From Actinomycetota bacterium (GTDB lineage: Bacteria; Actinomycetota; CADDZG01; JAHWKV01), in NCBI GenBank assembly GCA_035536315.1, contig DATLOJ010000157.1, forward strand, positions 617-64,616: 64,000 nucleotides of DNA. Reading direction: 5' to 3'. A program made the translations under genes and the position numbers. This document shows, in pieces, positions 19,187 to 30,378 of this stretch (the first letter of the stretch is position 1; every line of letters starts with the position of its first letter). Below the pieces are notes generated by a model. It was given only the letters and a program-made list of their open reading frames with translations. It was not told the origin of the DNA and ran no database searches.

Positions 19187-21451
19187 ATGGCAGAGCCGAC
19201 CAAACCCGTAGACATCCAGCCGTCTCCAGCGACGGCTCCAACGGAGCGGGCCCGAACGGGTGGTCCAACACCCCCCTCGAGACGTGGGAAGGGGGTCCTT
19301 GCCCGGTTAAAGCCTTCATTTCAGGCAGTTCCGCCCCGAGTCGAGGAGATCATCAAGACGGTAAGGGCCCACCATGTCAAGGCAGATGGCAGACAGATCG
19401 CAGCTGCTTACGCGACCGCCGAGGAGGTTCACCAGGGACAGTTTCGGAAGTCTGGGGAGCCGTTCATCAATCACCCCATTGCCGTCGCCAAAATCATCGC
19501 CGACCTTGAGATGGATCCGACCACGGTGATAGCCGGGTTCCTTCACGACTCAGTCGAGGACACGGAACTGTCAATTGAAAGTCTGAGGGGATCGTTTGGC
19601 GACGAGGTCGCCGAAATCATCGATGGGCTGACCAAAATCGAAAAGATTCCGTTCAGGTCCCAGGAGCAGGAGAGAGCGAGAAACCTCAGAAAGATGATCC
19701 TTGCGATGGCAAGAGATCCAAGGGTGATCGTTGTCAAGCTCGCCGACAGGCTTCACAACATGCGAACTCTCGAGGCCCTCGAGCCTGCAAGGCGTGAGTT
19801 GATCGCAACCGACACTCTGGAGATTTACGCCCCGCTTGCTCACAGGCTGGGAATGCAGCAGATCAAAGTCGAGCTCGAGGACCTCGCGTTCAAGACCCTC
19901 TACCCAAAGAGGTACGACGAAATAGAGCAGATGGTTGCGCTCCGATTGGAGGAACGAGAGAAGTACCTCTCGGCGGTTATCTCTGCCGTTTCCTCGAGGC
20001 TTCGAGATGTGAAGGTGAAGGCGGAGGTTAACGGTCGCCAGAAGCACCTCTACTCCATCTACGAAAAGATGATCGGAAGGGGAAGAGAGTTCGACGAGAT
20101 ATTCGATCTCGTCGGAGTGCGAATCATTGTGGATAGTGAAAAGGACTGTTATGCCGCGCTGGGCGCGATCCACTCGCTATGGACCCCTTTGCCGGATCGC
20201 TTCAAGGACTACATAGCGACTCCCAAGTTCAATATCTACCAGTCGCTGCACACCACAGTCATCGGGCCGGAGGGCAAGCCCCTCGAGGTGCAAATCCGAA
20301 CCAAGGAGATGCACTTGACGGCCGAGCTGGGAATTGCAGCTCACTGGTCGTACAAGGAAGACCCCCGGGGCCGCGCGTGGATGCGAAGGATGGTGGATCT
20401 TCAGCAAACAGAGGACGACTCTGAGTTCCTCGCGGGTCTCCGAATGGACCTGTACTCCGATGAAGTTTTTGTTTTCACACCCCAGGGGGACATAGTCGAG
20501 CTTCCACAAGATTCGACTCCCATTGATTTCGCTTATTCGATTCATACCGAGGTTGGTCACGCGTGCATCGGCGCCCGCGTAGATGGACGGCTCGTTCCTT
20601 TGGCGCGCCAGCTCGCATCAGGCGAGACCGTCGAAGTCCTTACGTCCAACACTCCAGCGGGACCAAGCAGGGACTGGCTTGATGTCGTTGTCACACCCCG
20701 AGCTAAAAGCAAGATCAAACAATGGTTCACGAAAGAGCGGAAGGAGGAGGCCCTGGCCGAAGGCAGGGATGCTTTGGCCAAGGCCTGCCGAAAGGTGGGA
20801 ATCCCACTGCTGAACGAATCGACTATGAACTCGGTCGCCGAGGAGTTGCACCTTTCAGGTAAGGAGGGACTGCTTCTTGCCATCGGCGAAGGAAGAGTTG
20901 CCGCGCAAACAGTGGTCCAGCGCCTGCTTCGGGAAGAGTCCGGTGAAGAAGAAGCCGAGCTTGCTGCTCCGAGGGTTCGCACGAAACCGGCAACGGTACA
21001 GGGGGTGGTTGTTGAGGGGGTAGACGACGTATGGGTAAAGCTGGCGCGATGCTGCATGCCGGTTCCGGGCGATCGAATCGTAGGGTTCGTCACGAGGGGG
21101 CGCGGGGTATCGGTGCACCTGGACGACTGCCCGAACATCGCGGCGATCGGCGAAGAGGATGAACGCCGGCTTCTGCCGGTGAAGTGGGATGCTCTGACTG
21201 CCGGTTCGTTTCCGGTTCAGATACAGATCGAAGCTTTGGACCGACCAAAGTTGCTTCGTGACGTAACAACCGTCGTGTCGGACCTCGGAGTCAACATCTC
21301 GTCCGCAAGCAGCCAGGTCGGCCGGGGGATTGCCGCTCTTCAGTTCACCTTTGAAATATCCAACCCGTCACAACTCCAGTCGATACTCAAGGCGGTAAGA
21401 CGAGTCGACAGCGTTTACGACGCGTATCGCATAACTCCACGGCCGCGTTAG
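19187..21451 (+). CDS. rel: bifunctional (p)ppGpp synthetase/hydrolase Rel
   Basis: HD hydrolase, RelA/SpoT synthetase, TGS and ACT domains are all present. Start could alternatively be 19163. Confidence 0.95.
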   Translation: MAEPTKPVDIQPSPATAPTERARTGGPTPPSRRGKGVLARLKPSFQAVPPRVEEIIKTVRAHHVKADGRQIAAAYATAEEVHQGQFRKSGEPFINHPIAVAKIIADLEMDPTTVIAGFLHDSVEDTELSIESLRGSFGDEVAEIIDGLTKIEKIPFRSQEQERARNLRKMILAMARDPRVIVVKLADRLHNMRTLEALEPARRELIATDTLEIYAPLAHRLGMQQIKVELEDLAFKTLYPKRYDEIEQMVALRLEEREKYLSAVISAVSSRLRDVKVKAEVNGRQKHLYSIYEKMIGRGREFDEIFDLVGVRIIVDSEKDCYAALGAIHSLWTPLPDRFKDYIATPKFNIYQSLHTTVIGPEGKPLEVQIRTKEMHLTAELGIAAHWSYKEDPRGRAWMRRMVDLQQTEDDSEFLAGLRMDLYSDEVFVFTPQGDIVELPQDSTPIDFAYSIHTEVGHACIGARVDGRLVPLARQLASGETVEVLTSNTPAGPSRDWLDVVVTPRAKSKIKQWFTKERKEEALAEGRDALAKACRKVGIPLLNESTMNSVAEELHLSGKEGLLLAIGEGRVAAQTVVQRLLREESGEEEAELAAPRVRTKPATVQGVVVEGVDDVWVKLARCCMPVPGDRIVGFVTRGRGVSVHLDDCPNIAAIGEEDERRLLPVKWDALTAGSFPVQIQIEALDRPKLLRDVTTVVSDLGVNISSASSQVGRGIAALQFTFEISNPSQLQSILKAVRRVDSVYDAYRITPRPR

Positions 21452-21895
21452 TTGCGGGTCCTTCTTCAACGAGTTTCCGCCTGTCGCGTCGCGGTCGATG
21501 GTGCCACCGTGGGTTCAATCGGGCCGGGACTACTGGCCCTGGTTGGAGTTGCCGGACCCGACACCAAGGGGGTGGCCGATTCTCTCGCGGCCAAGCTCGC
21601 GAATCTGCGCATCTTCAGTGACTCGACAGGAAAGATGAACAGGTCGGTGATCGACGCCGGAGGGGGGGTGATGGTGGTTTCTCAGTTCACGCTGATCGCG
21701 GACCTTAGCCGTGGCCGGAGACCGTATTTCGGAGAAGCGGCTCCGCCCGAGCATGCGCGGATGATCATCGATCACATGGTCGAGAGCCTCGAATCCCAAG
21801 GGTTGACCGTCGCCACCGGAGAGTTTGGTGCGCACATGCAGATATCAATTGACGCGGATGGGCCTGTGACCATTCTTCTAGACTCGAACACATGA
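21452..21895 (+). CDS. dtd: D-aminoacyl-tRNA deacylase
   Basis: 147 aa with SQFTL and the C-terminal GPVT motif. TTG start immediately follows the rel stop. Confidence 0.9.
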   Translation: MRVLLQRVSACRVAVDGATVGSIGPGLLALVGVAGPDTKGVADSLAAKLANLRIFSDSTGKMNRSVIDAGGGVMVVSQFTLIADLSRGRRPYFGEAAPPEHARMIIDHMVESLESQGLTVATGEFGAHMQISIDADGPVTILLDSNT

Positions 21896-23139
21896 ACCGC
21901 ATCCAAAGGCCCAAGGGGACTACCGACACCATTCCGCCGCACTCCCGGCAGATTGAACGCGTGGTCGAGAGAGCCCTGACCGAATTCCGCCTCTACGGAT
22001 ACCACCGGATAGACACCCCGGTGTATGAGCACACGGATCTGTTCGAGAGGGGTCTGGACGAGGGAAGCGACATTGTCACGAAGGAGATGTACACCTTCGA
22101 GGACAAGGGGGGCCGCTCTGTCACGCTTCGGCCGGACATGACTGCTCCTGTGATGCGAGCGGTGCTCGAGAACGGGATGGACAAAGGAAGTCTTCCTTTG
22201 AAGCTCTACTACCACGTCCCTGTGTTCCGCCACGAGAAGCCACAGTCGGGACGTTTCAGGCAGTTCTGGCAGGTGGGGGTTGAGGCCCTGGGCCCGTCGG
22301 GTCCGTCCATCGATGCGGAAGTCGTGAAACTGGCCTCCGACTCAATCCTTGCCGCCGGCGTGCCCGACGCAGTTCTCAGGCTGAACACCATTGGCCACCC
22401 CGAATGCCGTGAGGCTTACATTCCGAGACTACGCGCGTTTCTCGAGAACCATCGCTCTGAACTGTGCGAGGACTGCGCAAGAAAAATCGACCGCAACCCA
22501 CTTCGCACTTTTGACTGCAAAGTCGAAAGCGACAGAGCGCTCATGGAAAATGCGCCGCTGATTACGGAATTCATCTGTGATGAATGCAGGTCGCACTTCG
22601 AGGATTTAAAAGCCATGCTCGACTCTCTGTCTGTTCCCTTCGAGCTGGATCCGACACTCGTACGCGGGTTGGACTACTACTCGAGGACAACCTTTGAGTT
22701 CGTTAGTCCACGATTGGGAGCGCAAAGCTCGGTTGGTGCAGGGGGCCGGTACGACTACCTCGGGGAGTTGATCGGAGGCGTCAGTCTTCCTGGAGTCGGA
22801 TTTGGACTCGGCATCGAAAGGCTCCTTATGGCCGCCGACCTCAGAGAGCCAGCGCCCGTAAGAGAGCTCGTATTCGTTGTCGCGACGGCCGGACTTCGCC
22901 GGGATGCCCTCAAGCTTGCGGCCCGGCTTCGGTCGCAGGGCATACCAAGTGACGTCGACCACATGGAAAGAAGCGTCAAGGCACAATTTCGTTCGGCAGC
23001 GCGGGCTGGGGCAACGAAGGTCATTGTTATGGGGGAGAGGGAAGCTGCAGTTGGGAGGTTCACGGTCAAGGACATGGCATCCGGTGAAGAGGTGGAAGTG
23101 GGAGCGGACCATTTGATGACGGCACTGGCGCCGCAGTGA
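21892..23139 (+). CDS. hisS: histidyl-tRNA synthetase
   Basis: Class II motifs and the HisRS signature; ATGA overlap with dtd. Confidence 0.95.
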   Translation: MNRIQRPKGTTDTIPPHSRQIERVVERALTEFRLYGYHRIDTPVYEHTDLFERGLDEGSDIVTKEMYTFEDKGGRSVTLRPDMTAPVMRAVLENGMDKGSLPLKLYYHVPVFRHEKPQSGRFRQFWQVGVEALGPSGPSIDAEVVKLASDSILAAGVPDAVLRLNTIGHPECREAYIPRLRAFLENHRSELCEDCARKIDRNPLRTFDCKVESDRALMENAPLITEFICDECRSHFEDLKAMLDSLSVPFELDPTLVRGLDYYSRTTFEFVSPRLGAQSSVGAGGRYDYLGELIGGVSLPGVGFGLGIERLLMAADLREPAPVRELVFVVATAGLRRDALKLAARLRSQGIPSDVDHMERSVKAQFRSAARAGATKVIVMGEREAAVGRFTVKDMASGEEVEVGADHLMTALAPQ

Positions 23140-24920
23140 AGCGTACCCACTACTGCGGAGATGTCCGGGCCTCCGACTCCGGCAAGACGATCGAACTCAG
23201 AGGCTGGGTCCACAAGAGGCGAGATCATGGGGGAGTCATCTTCATCGACCTCCGGGACAGACAGGGACTGATCCAGCTTGTCATCCACCCGGATAAGCAG
23301 CCGGATGCTTACGCGATGGCGGAGAAGCTCCGCTCAGAATTCGTCGTGCGAGTTTCGGGAGCAGTGAAGTCCAGGCTGAAAGATGCCGTAAACCCAAATC
23401 TGGAAACGGGTGAGGTCGAGATTGACGTGGCTGAAATCGAAATCCTCTCCACATCGGAGACTCCGCCATTCGCGATCGACGACAGGGCCGGGGTCAACGA
23501 AGAAACGCGGCTTCGGTACCGCTATCTCGACCTGCGCCGGCCTGAGATGGTCCGGGTCCTGAGGCTGCGCCATCAAACGATCTCGGCTATCAGGGAGTTC
23601 TTCGATGCCGAGGGGTTCCTCGAGGTGGAGACTCCCTTGCTCACAAAGCCGACACCGGAGGGTGCCCACGATTTTCTGGTCCCCACACGACTGCATCCCG
23701 GAAAGTTTTTGGCGCTGCCCCAGTCGCCACAGCTGTTCAAGCAGTTATTGATGATTGGCGGCGTTGATCGTTACTACCAAATAGCCCGCTGCTTCAGGGA
23801 CGAAGACCCCCGGGCCGACCGGCATCAAGATTTCACTCAGCTCGACATGGAGATGTCGTTCGTCACACAGGAGGACGTGCTGGATGTTGGCGAGAGGATG
23901 TTCAAGCACGTGTGGAAGACGACGCTTGGGGTCGATCTCGAACCCTTCGAGCGCATCCGATACCAGGACGCTATGGATCGCTTCGGTTCGGACAGGCCTG
24001 ACCTGAGGTTCGGCGTTGAGATCGCCGACGTGTCGAACGTCTTCTCCGGTACCCAGGTTCAGGTCTTTCGGTCCGCCCTGGACAAAGGTGGAGTCGCCAA
24101 AGCCATCGCAGTCCCCAGCGGGGCGGGGCGCTCGCGCAAAGAGATCGAGAGCCTTGTTGCAATTGGCCGCAGCTTCGGCGCGGGGGGTGTTGCTTGGATT
24201 GCGTTGAGGAGCGAAGGGATTGCATCGCCTCTGGAGAAGTTCCTGACGGAGGAAGAGATCCTGGGAGTGCGCGAGGCCACTGGAGCCGGCGAGGGCGACT
24301 TGTTGCTCATCGTTTGTGACAAGCCTTCGGTGGCGGCTCCGGCCTTGGGCGGAATAAGACTTGCGGTTGCCGATCAGCTGGGGTTGCGAGCCGAGACGGA
24401 GCCTACGGATCCTGCCCACTGGAAGTTCGCGTGGATCCTCGATTTTCCTCTGGTGGAATGGAGCGAGCAAGAAGAGCGCTGGGATGCTGTGCACCATCCC
24501 TTCACGGCTCCTCGTCCCGAGGACGAGGACCTGCTTGTCACCGATCCCGGCAAGGTGCGCGCACAGCAGTATGACTTGATGGTGAACGGCTGGGAGCTAG
24601 GTGGGGGGAGCATCCGAATCCACAGCGGCGAGCTGCAGAAGCGAATCTTCGACCTGATCGGCTTGGACGAGGACACGATCAGCCGCCGGTTCGGGTGGTT
24701 CCTGGACGCCTTCAAGTACGGAGTGCCTCCGCACGGTGGAATCGCTCCTGGCATCGACCGGATCGTCGCCAAGCTCGCCGGTAAGGAAACGATTCGGGAT
24801 GTGATCGCGTTTCCCAAGACCGGCTCCTACCTGGATGCACTTACGGGAGCTCCGTACGAGGTAGACGAGGAGCAGCTTCAAGCCCTGCATTTGGAAGTCG
24901 TCCATCCAGATGAGGAGTAG
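23136..24920 (+). CDS. aspS: aspartyl-tRNA synthetase
   Basis: OB-fold N domain, class II core (QLFKQLLM, FRDED) and GAD insertion. Confidence 0.96.
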   Translation: MKRTHYCGDVRASDSGKTIELRGWVHKRRDHGGVIFIDLRDRQGLIQLVIHPDKQPDAYAMAEKLRSEFVVRVSGAVKSRLKDAVNPNLETGEVEIDVAEIEILSTSETPPFAIDDRAGVNEETRLRYRYLDLRRPEMVRVLRLRHQTISAIREFFDAEGFLEVETPLLTKPTPEGAHDFLVPTRLHPGKFLALPQSPQLFKQLLMIGGVDRYYQIARCFRDEDPRADRHQDFTQLDMEMSFVTQEDVLDVGERMFKHVWKTTLGVDLEPFERIRYQDAMDRFGSDRPDLRFGVEIADVSNVFSGTQVQVFRSALDKGGVAKAIAVPSGAGRSRKEIESLVAIGRSFGAGGVAWIALRSEGIASPLEKFLTEEEILGVREATGAGEGDLLLIVCDKPSVAAPALGGIRLAVADQLGLRAETEPTDPAHWKFAWILDFPLVEWSEQEERWDAVHHPFTAPRPEDEDLLVTDPGKVRAQQYDLMVNGWELGGGSIRIHSGELQKRIFDLIGLDEDTISRRFGWFLDAFKYGVPPHGGIAPGIDRIVAKLAGKETIRDVIAFPKTGSYLDALTGAPYEVDEEQLQALHLEVVHPDEE

Positions 24921-26262
24921 CAAAGAAGGAGACAGCCTCTTTACCAACGCGCTGGAGGAGCACTTCGACGAATTCGCTCCGCTCGCAGCACGGATGCGCC
25001 CGCAGACCCTCGACGACTTTGTCGGTCAGCGTCACATGGTAGGACCGGGCAGCCCGCTGCGCTCTTTGATTGAGGCCGACAAGATGACCTCAGTGATTCT
25101 GTGGGGGCCGCCTGGATCGGGCAAGACGACTCTTGCTCACATAGTCGCGAAGGCGACCAAGTCGCGTTACGCGGAGCTATCAGCAGTGAACGCCACAGTT
25201 GCAGAGGTAAGAAAGAACATCGCCGACGCCAAAGACGCACTTGCGGCAACTGGCAGAAGGACCTTGTTGTTCATAGACGAGATACACCGATTCAACAAGG
25301 GACAGCAGGATGCGTTGCTCCCTGCCGTGGAAAATCGCTGGGTTGTTCTGATCGGAGCGACCACTGAGAACCCGTTCTTCGAAGTGAATTCTCCTTTGCT
25401 GTCGAGAAGCATGCTTTTTCGTCTCGAGAAGCTAACGCCTGAGGACATCAGGTCGATCGTCATGAGGACAATCGAGGATGAGGAGCGAGGACTTGGGAAG
25501 AGCGGAATAAAACTCGAGGAGGACGCCGTCGGCCACATCGTTCAAACGAGCGGAGGGGACGCGCGCTCGGCCCTTAATGCTTTGGAGGTTTGTGTTGCTG
25601 CAGCAACCGCCTCCGGCTCTTCCGTCGTAACCCTCGCCACTGCGGAGGAGACGCTGCAGCGCAGGCGCGTCGTCTACGACAAGAAGGGCGACGCCCATTA
25701 CGACGTCATCTCGGCTTTCATCAAGAGCATGCGGGGGTCGGATCCTGACGCCGCGCTGTACTGGCTCGCGGTGATGCTGGAGGCCGGCGAAGATCCGCGC
25801 TTCATTGCTCGCCGGATCGTCATTTTCGCCTCGGAGGATGTTGGCAATGCCGATCCGATGGCTCTGGTCGTGAGCGTCGCGGCGTTCCACGCGCTCGAGT
25901 TTGTAGGCCTTCCCGAGGCTCACCTGAACCTGGCGCAAGCTGTGACCTATGTGGCCTCGGCACCCAAGTCGAACGCGTCAACTCTTGCGATAGGAAGAGC
26001 TGCAGACGACGTCAAGGCTGCAGCCGCCCTGGAGGTACCGGTTCATCTGAGAGGGTCGCACCCGCATCAGCCCGCCAAGATGGGCAGAGGGAAGCCTTAT
26101 CTGTACCCCCATGACTTTCCGGATGCATGGGTGGATCAGAGCTACAGACCCGAAGATGCGGACCATCGCATTTACTACGCGCCCACCGATCACGGCGCTG
26201 AGATGGCGATCAAACAGCGGCTCGACGACCTGCGGTCTCGAAGGAGTCCAACGAAAAAGTAG
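24910..26262 (+). CDS. rarA: replication-associated recombination protein A (AAA ATPase)
   Basis: GPPGSGKTTLA, the FIDEIHRFNK motif and the MgsA C-terminal domain. Confidence 0.93.
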   Translation: MRSSKEGDSLFTNALEEHFDEFAPLAARMRPQTLDDFVGQRHMVGPGSPLRSLIEADKMTSVILWGPPGSGKTTLAHIVAKATKSRYAELSAVNATVAEVRKNIADAKDALAATGRRTLLFIDEIHRFNKGQQDALLPAVENRWVVLIGATTENPFFEVNSPLLSRSMLFRLEKLTPEDIRSIVMRTIEDEERGLGKSGIKLEEDAVGHIVQTSGGDARSALNALEVCVAAATASGSSVVTLATAEETLQRRRVVYDKKGDAHYDVISAFIKSMRGSDPDAALYWLAVMLEAGEDPRFIARRIVIFASEDVGNADPMALVVSVAAFHALEFVGLPEAHLNLAQAVTYVASAPKSNASTLAIGRAADDVKAAAALEVPVHLRGSHPHQPAKMGRGKPYLYPHDFPDAWVDQSYRPEDADHRIYYAPTDHGAEMAIKQRLDDLRSRRSPTKK

Positions 26263-26274
26263 CGGTAAGGTTCT

Positions 26275-28926
26275 GTGATGGATAGCGCCCTTCTTCGCAA
26301 GACGTATCTCGACTTCTTCGCCGAAAGGCAACACGAGGTCGTTTCTTCCGCGTCCCTTGTCCCCGACGACCCAGGCCTGCTCCTGACCATTGCGGGGATG
26401 GTGCCTTTCAAGCCTTACCTCTCTGGCGAGAGGCCCCCTCCTTTTGACCGCGCCGCGTCAAGTCAGAAGTGCTTTCGTGAAGTGGATATCGATCAGGTTG
26501 GACGCAACCGCCGGACTCTGACCTTCTTCGAGATGCTCGGCAACTGGTCTTTTGGCGACTACTTCAAGAAGGAAGCTTGTGTCTGGGCCTGGGAGTTCAT
26601 GACGGAGTCGTTGGGGCTTGATGGGGAGCGGTTGAGGTTCACCGTTTTCGAGACCGACGACGAAGCTGCCGACATTTGGGCGGATGAAGTCGGCGTACCC
26701 CGAGACAGGATCATTCGCCGCTCGCGCGAGCACGGCAATTTCTGGGATATGGGCGTTGCCGGGCCGGCGGGACCATGCTCCGAGCTTCTCTACGACCTGG
26801 GGCCTGGCTTTGGCGAGGAGTTCATCGGGGGCGAGATCGACGACGAGCGTTATCTCGAGTGCTGGAACCTTGTCTTCATGCAGTACCTCATCGACGACGA
26901 CCTCCAGATCACCGGGGAGCTTCCGAACCGAAACGTCGACACGGGTATGGGTCTGGAACGCATGGCTCTTGTCCTCCAGAACGTCACGAGCGTGTTCGAG
27001 ATCGACACTCTCGCCTCGCTCATGCATGCAGCTCAGGGGCTGAGCGGGAGAGTGTACGGGAGGGACGATAAACACGACGTCGCTCTCCGAGTACTTGCCG
27101 AGCACTCCAGGTCGATGACCTTTTTGATCTCCGACGGCGTCGTGCCCGGGAATGTCGGCCGTGGGTATGTACTCAGAAGGCTGATCAGAAGGGCCGTCAG
27201 GTACGCCCGACTCCTCGGCGTGGAAAAGTCCATCATTCCCGATCTTGTCGACATCACAATCGCAACGTATGCGCCCGCATACCCCGATCTCGAGTCGAAC
27301 CGGCAATTGATTCAAAGAGTCATCGAGAAGGAGGAGAACAGGTTCGCTGTGACTCTTCGCTATGGAATGGGGCTGCTGGATCAGGAGATTGCACAAGCCA
27401 AGGACAAAGGCTCGAGCTCGCTCTCAGGCGATTCAATCTTTCGTCTCCACGACACTTACGGCTTCCCGTTTGACCTGGCGGCTGAGATCGCTGCAGACGA
27501 GGGCCTTACAGTCAGTCGCGACGACTTCGACGCGTTGATGCGCGAGCAGAAGGAACGGGCCAGGGCCGCTCGTGGAAAGCCCGCGCCGGGAGAGCGCGGG
27601 GAGTTGCAGACGATAGTCCAAGAACTCGGCTCGACCGATTTCGTTGGTCACGAGACCCTGATCAGCGAAGGGACGGTCGCAGCGGTCCTGAGCGGTTCAT
27701 CCGCGGTAACAGCCCTCGAGGAGGGAGCGGAGGGCGAGCTCGTTCTGGACAGGACGGCCTTCTATGCGGAGGCCGGGGGCCAGGTGGGAGATCGTGGGGA
27801 GATTCGGACCCCGACGGGAAGATTTTTGGTGGAAGACACGCAATGGGGCGTTCCCGGCCTGATCATTCACCGCGGAAGGGTCGTGTCTGGGTCGGTAGAG
27901 CGCGGTCAGATTGCATCAGGCCAGGTCGACGCCAAGCTCCGGGCGCAGGTGCGCGAAGCACACACGGCAACGCACTTGCTGCATTGGGCTCTGAGGGATC
28001 TTTTGGGAGATCACGTGAGACAGCAGGGGTCGCTCGTAGAGCCGGGACGGTTGCGATTCGACTTCTCTCATCTGGAAGCGGTCGCTGCCGATCAGATCGA
28101 GCAGTTAGAGGAAGAGATGAACTCGCGCGTCATCACTGATGATCCAGTTCACGCCTTCTGGACGACTTACGACTACGCGGTTGAGCTGGGGGCGATGGCG
28201 CTCTTCGGAGAAAAGTACGGAGAGCATGTGAGGGTCGTCGAGGTTGGCGACTATTCGAAGGAGCTCTGCGGTGGAACTCATGTCTCTCGCAGCGGCCAGG
28301 TGGGTGTGATCAAGCTCATCCATGAAGGATCGGTCGCGGCGGGGACAAGACGTGTCGAGGCCGTAACGGGAATGGGGGGCCTGAACTACCTCAAGAGTCA
28401 GGCGGCTCTTCTCTCGAGAGTCGCAGAGCTCCTCAAGACCAATCCGGACAGGGTGCTGGAAAAACTTCAGAAAGTGCTGGCCACATTGGCGGATCTCGAA
28501 CGCGGAGTCGCGCAGCAGGAGGAGGCGGGTCTCAAGCAAGAGGTGGCTCGGATCATCGGTTCCGAAGAGCTCGAGAGGTTGCAGGGAGCAGCCCTTTATG
28601 TGCTGCGACGGGACGCTCTCACCCAGGATCGCCTTCGAAAGTTTGCCCTCGCGGTGCGAGAGGGAATCGGATCGGGAGCTGTGATCATAGGCGGCCTTCA
28701 TGATGGCAAGGCGAACGTAGTGGCAGCCGTTTCTGATGACCTGGTAAAGAGAGGACTCTCATCGCGGGAGCTCGTTAGCAACGCGGGACTCGTTATTGGA
28801 GGCGGCGGCGGCGGAAACGAACGCCTGGCCGTAGCTGGAGGCCCCAAGGCAATCGCGATCGACGAAGCTATCGGCGTTGCCGCGGCCAGGGCGCGTGAGG
28901 CCCTCGGGTCGCTTCCACCGATTTGA
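26275..28926 (+). CDS. alaS: alanyl-tRNA synthetase
   Basis: 883 aa covering the catalytic, editing (HTATHLLHWAL...CGGTH) and C-terminal DHHA1 domains. Confidence 0.97.
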   Translation: MMDSALLRKTYLDFFAERQHEVVSSASLVPDDPGLLLTIAGMVPFKPYLSGERPPPFDRAASSQKCFREVDIDQVGRNRRTLTFFEMLGNWSFGDYFKKEACVWAWEFMTESLGLDGERLRFTVFETDDEAADIWADEVGVPRDRIIRRSREHGNFWDMGVAGPAGPCSELLYDLGPGFGEEFIGGEIDDERYLECWNLVFMQYLIDDDLQITGELPNRNVDTGMGLERMALVLQNVTSVFEIDTLASLMHAAQGLSGRVYGRDDKHDVALRVLAEHSRSMTFLISDGVVPGNVGRGYVLRRLIRRAVRYARLLGVEKSIIPDLVDITIATYAPAYPDLESNRQLIQRVIEKEENRFAVTLRYGMGLLDQEIAQAKDKGSSSLSGDSIFRLHDTYGFPFDLAAEIAADEGLTVSRDDFDALMREQKERARAARGKPAPGERGELQTIVQELGSTDFVGHETLISEGTVAAVLSGSSAVTALEEGAEGELVLDRTAFYAEAGGQVGDRGEIRTPTGRFLVEDTQWGVPGLIIHRGRVVSGSVERGQIASGQVDAKLRAQVREAHTATHLLHWALRDLLGDHVRQQGSLVEPGRLRFDFSHLEAVAADQIEQLEEEMNSRVITDDPVHAFWTTYDYAVELGAMALFGEKYGEHVRVVEVGDYSKELCGGTHVSRSGQVGVIKLIHEGSVAAGTRRVEAVTGMGGLNYLKSQAALLSRVAELLKTNPDRVLEKLQKVLATLADLERGVAQQEEAGLKQEVARIIGSEELERLQGAALYVLRRDALTQDRLRKFALAVREGIGSGAVIIGGLHDGKANVVAAVSDDLVKRGLSSRELVSNAGLVIGGGGGGNERLAVAGGPKAIAIDEAIGVAAARAREALGSLPPI

Positions 28927-28937
28927 TGGGCGCGGTT

Positions 28938-29339
28938 ATGGCCATCGATCCTGGGGCCAAGCGAATAGGGATTGCGATCTCAGACCCGGAGGGGACTGTT
29001 GCCGTCCCCTTGGAAGTGATCCCCAACGACGCCACGGCAATGGATCGCATAAGGGGTGCGGCAGAAAGAATCAACGCGGAGGTGGTTGTCGTGGGCCTGC
29101 CGGTGAGACTGGACGGCAAGGAGGGGGCCGAAGCCGAATCCGCCAGAGCCTTCGCGTCGGCCGTTTTCGAAAGTTTGGGTATTCCGGTCCACATGCTGGA
29201 CGAGCGATTGAGCTCGAAACAGGTTTCGCGCGCAATGAGCCGCGGGGGGATTAACTCGCGACGCCAAAGGGGGAAGCTTGATGGTGTGGCTGCAGCAATG
29301 CTGCTGCAGTCGTATCTGGACTCGAGGAAGAAGCAATGA
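28938..29339 (+). CDS. ruvX: Holliday-junction resolvase-like RNase YqgF/RuvX
   Basis: MAIDPGAKRIGIAISD N-terminus; an alternative start at 28926 is possible. Confidence 0.88.
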   Translation: MAIDPGAKRIGIAISDPEGTVAVPLEVIPNDATAMDRIRGAAERINAEVVVVGLPVRLDGKEGAEAESARAFASAVFESLGIPVHMLDERLSSKQVSRAMSRGGINSRRQRGKLDGVAAAMLLQSYLDSRKKQ

Positions 29340-30334
29340 GAAAGCTCTTGACTCTTGGTGTTGTTCTGCTGCTGCTGGCCGGCTCGGCGGCTGTTGGATA
29401 CGGATGGATCTACGACAAAGGCACACCATCCGGACGGCCCGTTCAGATAACCGTCAACCCTGGAGACTCTGGAGGAGCGATCGCACAAGAGCTCGAAGAC
29501 AAGGGCGTCGTCGAATCCGGGCTCGCCTTTCGGGTCTTCGTGCGTATCACGGGGGCGAATACAGATCTCAAAGCCGGCAAGTACACCCTTCGGACGGGTA
29601 TGCCTTTCTCGGAGTTGCTGGAGGTTCTTAGAAAGGGGCCGCAGGAGAAATTCATTCGCCTAACAATCCCCGAGGGTTTGAATCTCGAGCAGATCGCGGG
29701 CGTGGTCGGAGAGAAGACTCACATTCCGGCCCCCGACTTCCTCGCGGCAGCAACGCCCCAAACCGTCAGGCCCTCTCCGCTGCCGCCCGACTCGGTGAAC
29801 CTGGAGGGGTTTCTTTACCCAGCCACTTATTTTGTCTCTGAAGAGGAAACGCCAACTGGTCTGGTCACACGGATGGTCGAGGAGTTCGAGGAGCGGGCAG
29901 CCGAGGCGGGCTTGGGAAAGGATGGCCTCGACAGGACCCCCTACGAGTACGTGATCATCGCCTCGATGATCGAAGAGGAGGCCAAAGCGAACGAAGAACG
30001 AGGAAAGATCTCCTCGGTCATACACAACAGGCTCGAGCGTGGAATTCCACTCGGAATCGACGCAACCATTCAGTATGCGGTCAAGAAGTACGGAGGCGAG
30101 CCCCTCACTCGATCTGATCTCGAGATCGACTCTCCCTACAACAGCCGCACCAGGACGGGGCTGCCTCCCACTCCCATAGCAAGTCCGCGACTTGCATCTA
30201 TCAAGGCAGCTATAGAGCCTGAGTCGACGAACCTCCTCTATTACGTTCTTGCTCCCGACTGCGTCCATCATGTGTTCACCGCCGACTACAGCGAGTTCGA
30301 GGCGGCCAAGCAGAGAGCACCCGATAACTGCTGA
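29336..30334 (+). CDS. mltG: endolytic murein transglycosylase MltG (YceG-like)
   Basis: N-terminal transmembrane helix plus the YceG domain; ATGA overlap with ruvX. Confidence 0.9.
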   Translation: MRKLLTLGVVLLLLAGSAAVGYGWIYDKGTPSGRPVQITVNPGDSGGAIAQELEDKGVVESGLAFRVFVRITGANTDLKAGKYTLRTGMPFSELLEVLRKGPQEKFIRLTIPEGLNLEQIAGVVGEKTHIPAPDFLAAATPQTVRPSPLPPDSVNLEGFLYPATYFVSEEETPTGLVTRMVEEFEERAAEAGLGKDGLDRTPYEYVIIASMIEEEAKANEERGKISSVIHNRLERGIPLGIDATIQYAVKKYGGEPLTRSDLEIDSPYNSRTRTGLPPTPIASPRLASIKAAIEPESTNLLYYVLAPDCVHHVFTADYSEFEAAKQRAPDNC

Positions 30335-30378
30335 ACGAAACGGTTCAAACGACCGGCGAAACCAGGGTTGCCGGGATC